A stretch of 14,765 bases of DNA from Candidatus Woesearchaeota archaeon. Its GTDB lineage: Archaea > Nanobdellota > Nanobdellia > Woesearchaeales > UBA11716. The notes under the pieces were generated by a model that saw only the letters and a program-made list of their open reading frames with translations, was not told the origin of the DNA and ran no database searches. Within the stretch, counting starts at the first letter, position 1, and every line of letters begins with the position of its first letter. Made by a program: the position numbers and the translations under genes. Shown here one piece after another: positions 1 to 6,435 of the stretch. The stretch is taken from assembly GCA_013329175.1 (NCBI GenBank), contig DUKR01000077.1, positions 1 to 14,765 of the forward strand. The letters run 5' to 3'.

Positions 1-7
1 AAGAATT

Positions 8-730
8 CTAAGGGGATCTGGAGGCACCCTCTATAAGTTGTGCTTTGATATCTTCAATTTGTTTCTTTATATCCTGCTCATCACTTTCACATAACTTATC
101 AATTCTGGCTTCCATTTTCGTCTCGCCGTCAATGGCTCCATGCTCCCGAGAAAACAATTCATTTAACTCTTTAAGCTTTTGCTTCTCTTGCTCAACAGCC
201 TTTATTTCATCCTTGAGGAGAGGCAGGAGTTGCTCTTTAATTCCTTTCCGCAAATTATTTATGTTTGTGAGAATGCTGGATAATGACTCAATGCTGGCAG
301 ATATTTGCTTTTTCCACTGGCTTCCCCTAAACCATCTGCCGAATTTATCGCCGTATTTTTTTATGCCAAGGCCATGCAATGCTCTAAGCTCAACAAGCAA
401 CTCATCGTGAGCAATTCGTACAAGAGTAGTAATCTCTTCCATTTGCTGCTTGGCAAGTGCATCAAACCTAGCCATTCGCTCCCTTCTCAATGCAACAAGC
501 TTAGCAAGATCCTCCATGAGTTTTCCCTCATTACTGCTAAACTGGAACTCACGCTGTGCGTTATTAATCTCTTTCTCGGTTAAGATCCTCAACTTGCTGA
601 AATTGCTCAAACCTTTTTGTATATCATACGCCCTACCATTTACCCTTTGTTCAACATCCCTTCTTGCATACACAAGCCTCCCCGCCTTAGTGGGATAATA
701 GTTGCGAAGATGCTTACTCCACCATGCCAT
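8..730 (-). CDS. Hypothetical coiled-coil protein of 240 aa. Helical and rich in charged residues, with no TM segment. Its start codon overlaps the stop of the upstream small basic protein gene (ATGA).
   Basis: The ORF is intact across 723 nt. The sequence has long heptad-like stretches (KEQLLPLLKDEIKAVEQEKQKLKELNELF), which I infer are coiled coil. The 4-nt overlap with 730-960 indicates an operon. I recognise no family. Confidence 0.55.
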   Translation of the reverse strand: MAWWSKHLRNYYPTKAGRLVYARRDVEQRVNGRAYDIQKGLSNFSKLRILTEKEINNAQREFQFSSNEGKLMEDLAKLVALRRERMARFDALAKQQMEEITTLVRIAHDELLVELRALHGLGIKKYGDKFGRWFRGSQWKKQISASIESLSSILTNINNLRKGIKEQLLPLLKDEIKAVEQEKQKLKELNELFSREHGAIDGETKMEARIDKLCESDEQDIKKQIEDIKAQLIEGASRSP

Positions 731-960
731 TATCTCTTCGCCTCTTGCTCAGCATGGGCTGCCATAGCCTTCAATTTAGAAAGAGCGCCAATAAAATTCG
801 TTATATGCTTGCACAACTCCTTTTGCTTCTTCGCAGAATGGTGCCTCGACAACGCCAGGGCCCGGTCAACAAAAGGCTCAGCCTTGTCGTGAAGGGAGTC
901 TATTTTTTTGATAAGATGCCTCTTTTTTGCAGAAGAAGTCTTTTTGCTCTTCGTAGGCAT
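730..960 (-). CDS. Small basic protein of 76 aa. It has a Lys/Ser-rich N-terminal tail (PTKSKKTSSAKKRHLIKK) followed by helices. It may bind nucleic acid.
   Basis: The ORF starts at the ATG at 960, right next to a TATA-like box (plus-strand 983-994, read on the minus strand as AAAATATATTAA) placed for leaderless transcription. It is translationally coupled to 8-730. The composition is histone-tail-like and basic. No family recognised. Confidence 0.45.
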   Translation of the reverse strand: MPTKSKKTSSAKKRHLIKKIDSLHDKAEPFVDRALALSRHHSAKKQKELCKHITNFIGALSKLKAMAAHAEQEAKR

Positions 961-1329
961 TCACTTTTTTTCACTGTGCAGATTAATATATTTTTCGGTG
1001 GCCAAGAAAATAAAAAAAAGTATCTGTTAATAAATAAACATATTAAGTATTAAATTTAATGCCGCATTGATAAAAAAATAAATATAAAAAATAAGATTTC
1101 CATTTATAAATACTAAACCTTATTAGTTATAGCGCTTATCTAGATAACATGGAACACTTATTTAAAATAAAACTAGATATATTATTATTTAATAAAAATA
1201 ATTATTAATTAACCAAAAAAGCTAGCGTATTTATTAATGAACGTTTTTTATTAATATTATTTAGTATAACTAAAAAATCAAAAACCTTAAATAGTAATTA
1301 TAATAATAGATAGATAAATTTACTAACAA
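961..1329. promoter_or_regulatory. Divergent, extremely A/T-rich intergenic control region. It has TATA-like boxes about 27 nt upstream of both flanking start codons. It carries a perfect 12-bp palindrome TTATCTAGATAA (1136-1147). TAGATA recurs at 1141, 1174, 1307 and 1311. TTATTAAT occurs three times (1203-1210, 1231-1238, 1248-1255).
   Basis: Read directly from the sequence. The stretch AATTATAATAATAG at 1296-1309 is centred about 27 nt before the ATG at 1330. The stretch TTAATATATTTT at 983-994 (read on the minus strand) is centred about 27 nt before the ATG at 960. This spacing matches archaeal TATA-box/BRE architecture and leaderless transcripts. Confidence 0.4.
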
Positions 1330-1872
1330 ATGAGTAAAAAAATATCCACTTACACCATTGCAGGGCTCTTTACCCATGATTTCTCCAGAAGATATTATCT
1401 TAAAGAGATGGCTGATGCCCTTGGAAAACCTCATCAGACCCTCAAGCCCTATATCGCTGAGCTTGTGAAGCAAAGCATACTTATGGAGGAGAAGCGTGGG
1501 AATCTTCTCGAATACACACTCAACACAGGAAGTCCGTTGGTGGTAGCGTACTTGGCCATCGCAGAGCAAGAGCAAGCGTTAGAGCAAGCGAAAAAGGAGG
1601 GCTTCCTTGTTGAGCTGTTCTCTCTTGGAAGGGAGATGAAGGGGGCGATCATCGCCGCACCCATAGACAAAGAGCGATGGCACGTGGTGCATGTCGGGGG
1701 TGGGGTAATCAATAGGGAACACCCCCGATTTTCTTTTTCTCACTATGGGCAATTTGAGGAGATTCCCTTGGAGGAACTGAAAGGGCTCTATCGCGTTCAC
1801 GTGATATTCAGGGGAGTTGAAGAGGTTGTCAGCGAGTTTGTAAGGAGGTATGCACTGCATGGAATCGCCTAA
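1330..1872 (+). CDS. Hypothetical protein of 180 aa. The N-terminus looks like a winged helix-turn-helix (MADALGKPHQTLKPYIAELVKQSILMEEKRGNLLEY). The C-terminal roughly 90 aa are an unknown domain. I propose it as a candidate transcriptional regulator of the downstream operon.
   Basis: Intact ORF with probable leaderless start. The N-terminal residue pattern resembles MarR/ArsR-type wHTH recognition helix plus wing (inference from memory, not searched). The stop lies 14 nt inside the next gene. Confidence 0.5.
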   Translation: MSKKISTYTIAGLFTHDFSRRYYLKEMADALGKPHQTLKPYIAELVKQSILMEEKRGNLLEYTLNTGSPLVVAYLAIAEQEQALEQAKKEGFLVELFSLGREMKGAIIAAPIDKERWHVVHVGGGVINREHPRFSFSHYGQFEEIPLEELKGLYRVHVIFRGVEEVVSEFVRRYALHGIA

Positions 1873-3316
1873 GGATGAACGCAGAAAGGCAATGCCTGCT
1901 GTAACCTTCCTGCTGCTCATGGCGCTGGCCTTCATCGCAACGGTGCCAGAGCTATCTCTTGCTGCCACTGATGACGGATTGCTTGGAGTGATTGAGCCCA
2001 TCAGCAACCTTTTTGGGCCTATCATTGAACAGCTGAATTCAGTATGGGGGGGAAGTCCGGACGACTCAGCAATCTTTGTTGCCAAATTCGTGCTCTGGAT
2101 ACTTTTGTTTGCTTTACTCTACTACCCCTCAAACATGATTTTCAAGGATGCTGGCAAGGGAGTCAAGGTAGCCATTCCTTTTGTGCTTGCGCTGCTGGGC
2201 ACTGCGCTGATGCCTGCAGAGATCCTCATCAACGTCATGCAGACCTATGCGCTTGCCGGAGCTTTAATCCTGTGGATAATACCGATAGCCGGGACATGGT
2301 TCCTCATGCACAGGGTGCCGCAGGAGGGTGCATGGAAATTTTTACGCCTCATCCTTTACATCATCATCATTTACCTGTTGATGAACATTAGTGAATCAAT
2401 TACTTTCATGCTTGGCGATCTGCCTGAGTGGCTAAGCTATCTTAATCTTGTCATCGGCATCGTCACCATTATGTTCCTCAAGGAGTTGCTTACTATTTTC
2501 AGAGGTTCTGAAGCAGGGGGGGATGGAGGAAGTGGGGGTGGCGGCCTCTTTAACTGGTGGAAGAAAAAAATACCTTCCAGCCCTCAGGCCTTACCAGATG
2601 AAGTTGCAACGGCCCTCCAGGGAGCACAGAAGGCAGAGAAGCTGAGCAAAAAAGAGCAATATCTGCTCCAAGAAATCGAAAATCTTGAAAAACGGGAGAT
2701 TACCAAAACCGAAATGATAATTAATGATATCAACAAAATTGAGTCGGCTTTGCGAACTGGAAAACTAGATGAGCCTGTCAAGACAACCCTTGACAGTATG
2801 GCACGCTACTACAATGAAACAAGAACCATTGAGGATTATATTGAGCGTGAATTTAATCAGGTTCTAAACGATCTTGAACAGGAATATCAAGCGTTACGTC
2901 CACAGAAAGATCTTGCTAAGAGATTAATCAAAGTTGCCAACATAAAATTCCCCTTGAAGGCAGAAAAAGTCAAAAGGTACATTTCCACTATCAATAAGGA
3001 TATCACTAATTATATTCGCCAAATAAGAGAAAAAATAGAACTATATCAAGGAAAGCTAAAACGCCAGTTATCCCTCTTTAGGCAATTCATGCAGCTGGCA
3101 TATCAGCAACTTAATGGATTTGGCAATAGGGGTGCGGCACTAAGCTATCTCAATGATGCAAAAACTACAATGAATCTCATTCATGCTGACTTAGAAGGCA
3201 AGTTAAAGCCACTTACTGAGAAAATAAAAAATGACGTAGGAGGGGTTATCAGAAAGATTAAAGCGATGGAAAATGGAGACAAGAAGCTATTGCTAGGTAA
3301 AATAAACAGGTTTTGA
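1859..3316 (+). CDS. Exported polytopic membrane protein of about 485 aa. It has a Sec signal peptide (cleavage likely after SLAA), about 5 TM helices, a Gly-rich linker (GSEAGGDGGSGGGG) and a roughly 230-aa cytoplasmic coiled-coil tail. It is a paralog of 3328-4329.
   Basis: The ORF track gives 1850. I prefer the ATG at 1859 because a perfect SD AAGGAGGT (1842-1849) lies 9 nt upstream. The ATG at 1892 is also possible. Hydrophobic segments: FVAKFVLWILLFALLYY, VAIPFVLALLGTALMP, ALAGALILWIIPIAGTWFLM, LRLILYIIIIYLLMNI, LVIGIVTIMFL. The C-terminal half is charged and heptad-like with no Pro or Gly runs. Confidence 0.7.
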   Translation: MESPKDERRKAMPAVTFLLLMALAFIATVPELSLAATDDGLLGVIEPISNLFGPIIEQLNSVWGGSPDDSAIFVAKFVLWILLFALLYYPSNMIFKDAGKGVKVAIPFVLALLGTALMPAEILINVMQTYALAGALILWIIPIAGTWFLMHRVPQEGAWKFLRLILYIIIIYLLMNISESITFMLGDLPEWLSYLNLVIGIVTIMFLKELLTIFRGSEAGGDGGSGGGGLFNWWKKKIPSSPQALPDEVATALQGAQKAEKLSKKEQYLLQEIENLEKREITKTEMIINDINKIESALRTGKLDEPVKTTLDSMARYYNETRTIEDYIEREFNQVLNDLEQEYQALRPQKDLAKRLIKVANIKFPLKAEKVKRYISTINKDITNYIRQIREKIELYQGKLKRQLSLFRQFMQLAYQQLNGFGNRGAALSYLNDAKTTMNLIHADLEGKLKPLTEKIKNDVGGVIRKIKAMENGDKKLLLGKINRF

Positions 3317-3327
3317 GGTGCAGATAG

Positions 3328-4329
3328 ATGGTCATGGGAAAAAGCAAATCGAAAAAAAGAGGAGCAGCCAAATGGATAAGAATTGTAGCTGGAACAACTA
3401 TCTTATTCACTCTGTCAATTCCTTCAGCACTTGCCGCAACAGGCGACGTATCCTATGACTTAGGCTCAGTGCTCTACCGCATCATGGGCTGGCTCTTTGT
3501 TGATTTCTCTGACTCTGCCGGAAGCCTGCTCTATGAATTCTATCTCAAGTTTGCCTTGTTTGTGCTGGTCTTCGCCCTCTATTTCTTTGCAGCTACCAAA
3601 GCATTCAAGGGCGATGAGCACAAGAGCATCAGGATAACCATTGCCTTTGTTTTTGCCCTGCTCAGCGTTGCGCTCATTCCTCATCCCATCCTTGCTTCCA
3701 TTGCAGAGGGCTACAAGCTTGTCGGAACCGTTGTTTTCTTCCTGATTCCCGCTATTGGCTTTATCCTGCTCAACCATTATGCCTTTTCAGTCAAGGCGCG
3801 GGCGTACTATGGGGTGAAGGCCATCGTCTACTATGTCATTGCCATGCTCTTCCATAACATGTCAGCAGCAGGAGCTTCCTTTGCCTTTAATTTTCAGCAG
3901 CTTTCAAGCTTTGCTGAAGTCATTTTCATCTTTCTTGCAATTGCCAATCTCTTCATGGCGCTTACCTCAGGCGACGGAGTGGAGGGAGAGGAGGAAGGTG
4001 CTGGAAAATATGATGGCAGCAGCCCCATCTGGAAAGCGCTTGGAGGGCATGAGGATGGCCATGATGATAAAAAGGTGAAGCATGCGGAAAAGGAGGATGT
4101 TGACCATGAAGATGAGGCAAAGAAAAGAAAGCGGGAAGAGGCAGCTGAAGACTTAAAGACGCTGGAAGGCATCAGGGAAAGGATACGCTCGGAATTTAAC
4201 CATCTGGTGACTGCTCTGGATGAAACTGAAAATGACGCAAGAGAAAGGCTCAAGAGGCTTGCAGAGCGCATACGTGAGCTTGATGCAATACAGCGGAGGA
4301 TTAATGCATTGTCCCAGCAGCAAGCATGA
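3328..4329 (+). CDS. Exported polytopic membrane protein of 333 aa. It has a Sec signal peptide (ALAA|TGD), 4-5 TM helices, an acidic His/Asp/Glu/Lys-rich linker and a short cytoplasmic coiled-coil tail. It is a paralog of 1859-3316.
   Basis: SD GAGGTG at 3315-3320 lies 7 nt before the ATG and overlaps the upstream stop. Alignable blocks with the upstream gene: SDSAGSLLYEFYLKFALFVLVFALYFF vs DDSAIFVAKFVLWILLFALLYY, and FKGDEHKSIRITIAFVFALLSVALIPHPIL vs FKDAGKGVKVAIPFVLALLGTALMPAEIL. Both have an LIP..G...L.H motif after TM3. Confidence 0.7.
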   Translation: MVMGKSKSKKRGAAKWIRIVAGTTILFTLSIPSALAATGDVSYDLGSVLYRIMGWLFVDFSDSAGSLLYEFYLKFALFVLVFALYFFAATKAFKGDEHKSIRITIAFVFALLSVALIPHPILASIAEGYKLVGTVVFFLIPAIGFILLNHYAFSVKARAYYGVKAIVYYVIAMLFHNMSAAGASFAFNFQQLSSFAEVIFIFLAIANLFMALTSGDGVEGEEEGAGKYDGSSPIWKALGGHEDGHDDKKVKHAEKEDVDHEDEAKKRKREEAAEDLKTLEGIRERIRSEFNHLVTALDETENDARERLKRLAERIRELDAIQRRINALSQQQA

Positions 4330-4871
4330 CCATGGCTCAGGCAACCCTTTCTCAGGTGCGCAAGGCGTATGAGCAGCTTGTACTATCCATACTCAACGAG
4401 CTAAGAAAGACTATCGAGGATCTCCAGAGGGAAAGAAAAGAGCTTGAGTACAGCCTAAAAGCAGTACTTGAAAAAATCCACGATGAAAAGTTGCAGGAGA
4501 TTTTTAATAACCTCAGTGAGGAAAAAAAAAACGAACATCGAGCAAAAGTTGAGAATTTCAAAAAGCTTCGAAGCACAGGCATAGCAGTAAGCAGGCAGGA
4601 TGAGAAAACTGCTCACACCATCCTTCGTGAAATAAGCCAAAATATAGTTGTCCTTGAGAGCATGGTAACCACGTTGACGGGCATCATGAGGGAATCAAAA
4701 AACCTGTACCATCTTGATACCAATGCATTGTATCAGGGCATTTTAGGTGTCCATGAATCCCTCAAGAAAAGAGAAAAAGTTATCCTCCAAGAGATTGAGC
4801 CGCATGTAACAAGCTTTTTTAATTACTTGGAGCAGGCAAAGATAGAGTTGCTTGCTCAGGTTAATTCCTAA
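4326..4871 (+). CDS. Soluble coiled-coil protein of 181 aa. It is a paralog of the N-terminal domain of 4885-6429.
   Basis: ATGA overlap with the upstream gene indicates translational coupling. Charged heptad-like sequence. It shares blocks with the next gene: SQVRKAYEQLVLSILNELRKTIEDLQRERKEL vs AQLKKKYEELALFIFNQIEQTITELLDERKLL, and NLYHLDTNALYQGILGVHESL vs ALYNLNTNELYSKIMLVHDAI. Confidence 0.65.
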   Translation: MTMAQATLSQVRKAYEQLVLSILNELRKTIEDLQRERKELEYSLKAVLEKIHDEKLQEIFNNLSEEKKNEHRAKVENFKKLRSTGIAVSRQDEKTAHTILREISQNIVVLESMVTTLTGIMRESKNLYHLDTNALYQGILGVHESLKKREKVILQEIEPHVTSFFNYLEQAKIELLAQVNS

Positions 4872-4884
4872 AGGAAACACTATC

Positions 4885-6429
4885 ATGGCAGACCAGCAAC
4901 TGGCACAGCTCAAGAAAAAGTATGAGGAGCTTGCTCTCTTTATCTTTAATCAGATTGAGCAAACGATAACGGAATTACTGGATGAGCGAAAGCTTTTGCA
5001 GCAGAAGGGAAAGGCTGGCATAACCATGCTGCATGTAAACAAAAAGGCAGAAGCGATTGCTTTGAAGGCAAAAATAGCTCTTTCTGCTGATATTCAACAG
5101 CGTTATGATGCTGCTTTGCAGCAATTTGATGCACTTTTGAATAAGGCAACCATTCTTGAGCATCAGGAAGAGCACGCAGTTAAAACCATTCTGCAAAGGC
5201 TTGATACTGAGATTGCTGAACTTCAGGCGTTGGCTAGTCAGGTCACTGCAGCCCATCAAACGAGACCTGCGTTGTATAACCTTAACACAAACGAGCTCTA
5301 TAGTAAAATTATGCTTGTCCATGATGCAATAACCAAGCAGCAGGAGCACGAGCAGAAGTTTAGAGCAGCAAGACAAGAATTTGAACAAGAGCTTGGCCAA
5401 AAAATTCATGAAATTGAAGCTATCCTGAGTGAGAAAGCTATTGCTACTATTGCAACTCCAGTAGTACAAGGTAATACTATTACTACGTCTCAGGGAAGTG
5501 TTCAACCATTAGCCATAGCTCCTGGAGGGCAAAGTGGAGTTATTGGACATGATGAAAAAGATTCAGTCGTGCAGACTGTAAAAATCGACCTGAACAATCT
5601 TGAGCATGCTGATAACATCATTCAATTCCAGCGCAGTGACAGGGAAGTTAGGAAAGCTTTTCAAGTGCTGGAAAAGAAAAGAATGGAAGGTCAGTTGCTG
5701 AAGGCAAAGAAAGCTATAAAGGCAGTCACCACTAAAATTAATATGTATGGACCAAAATACAACAGTGGAGAGTATAAACTGGCATTTATGACAAATGTTG
5801 TCGACCAGTATATGGAGTATATGTATGGGGTACTGTATAGCTATCTTCTTCATGTGGATGAAGCATCGGAATTTATTGCAACCTTATATAGCAGGCTGGA
5901 GACTATTGAAAGCACTAAGCTCACTAAATTTCAAAAAGAGAAAGTTGCAATTATTGCTCACCTCGTGAAGATTGCAGGAGAAACAGACGACAAAAGACCA
6001 GGAAACCTAGGAAAAAAAGGTAAAATTCCTCGGGAATTGCCTGCAAAGATTGATAGCTATGTTACTAATGAACTAAAGATTCTTGAACAAGATACACCAC
6101 CAGGCAGAATCCAAGTAGATATTGACAGGTTACAACTCTTAATTCTTCAGCTTGAAAAAAAACTAAAGAAAGCTATGCATTTAGCTGAACAAAGGATAAA
6201 AGCCTCTTACTTTGCATGGACAAAACGTGGCTATCAAGGGGCTGTAGGGCATCTGAATACCCTCAACATCCTTGTTGATGAGAAAATAAGGTTAGTGAAA
6301 CAAATGATGGATATTGAGCAGCAGATTAGCACAAAGCTTGAAAACCATATCTTCAATTATCTTAATGACAATAAAAAGCTAAAGGACCTTCAAAAGCTGC
6401 TAAGAAAGATACATCTTGGCGAAATTTAG
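4885..6429 (+). CDS. Coiled-coil protein of about 514 aa. The N-terminal roughly 190 aa are homologous to 4326-4871. A Thr/Gly/Gln-rich linker follows (ATPVVQGNTITTSQGSVQPLAIAPGGQSG), then a roughly 300-aa C-terminal domain of unknown function.
   Basis: The ORF track start at 4852 would overlap the upstream gene. The alignment with its paralog begins at MADQQ (ATG 4885), and AGGAAA lies 8 nt upstream, so 4885 is preferred. No TM segment. I recognise no family. Confidence 0.65.
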   Translation: MADQQLAQLKKKYEELALFIFNQIEQTITELLDERKLLQQKGKAGITMLHVNKKAEAIALKAKIALSADIQQRYDAALQQFDALLNKATILEHQEEHAVKTILQRLDTEIAELQALASQVTAAHQTRPALYNLNTNELYSKIMLVHDAITKQQEHEQKFRAARQEFEQELGQKIHEIEAILSEKAIATIATPVVQGNTITTSQGSVQPLAIAPGGQSGVIGHDEKDSVVQTVKIDLNNLEHADNIIQFQRSDREVRKAFQVLEKKRMEGQLLKAKKAIKAVTTKINMYGPKYNSGEYKLAFMTNVVDQYMEYMYGVLYSYLLHVDEASEFIATLYSRLETIESTKLTKFQKEKVAIIAHLVKIAGETDDKRPGNLGKKGKIPRELPAKIDSYVTNELKILEQDTPPGRIQVDIDRLQLLILQLEKKLKKAMHLAEQRIKASYFAWTKRGYQGAVGHLNTLNILVDEKIRLVKQMMDIEQQISTKLENHIFNYLNDNKKLKDLQKLLRKIHLGEI

Positions 6430-6435
6430 GTAACC

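Noticed and set aside
1850-1858. ORF-track start ATG at 1850 for the first membrane protein
   Set aside because: The SD AAGGAGGT (1842-1849) abuts this ATG with zero spacing. The in-frame ATG at 1859 has ideal 9-nt spacing and still yields a normal n-region (MESPKDERRKA) before the hydrophobic core.
2044-2781. Internal ORFs 2044-2391 (+), 2448-2645 (+) and 2584-2781 (-), plus many similar 60-180-aa ORFs overlapping the long genes throughout the window
   Set aside because: They lie fully inside longer, better-supported CDSs in other frames or on the other strand. Their translations are low-complexity and junk-like (His/Cys/Arg runs).
3328-3450. Possible archaeal class III (type IV pilin-like) signal peptide in MVMGKSKSKKRGAAKWIRIVAGTTILF
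   Set aside because: The hydrophobic stretch after RG is interrupted by K and R. It ends in a canonical Sec A-x-A site (SALA|ATGD) that is also shared by the paralog (SLAA|TDDG). It therefore reads as an ordinary Sec signal, not a prepilin.
4326-4871. Resemblance of the 181-aa coiled-coil protein to ESCRT-III/Snf7 or PspA/Vipp1
   Set aside because: Only generic charged-heptad similarity (LRKTIEDLQRERKEL). There is no basic-N/acidic-C polarity and no alignable motif from memory. Left as unassigned coiled coil.
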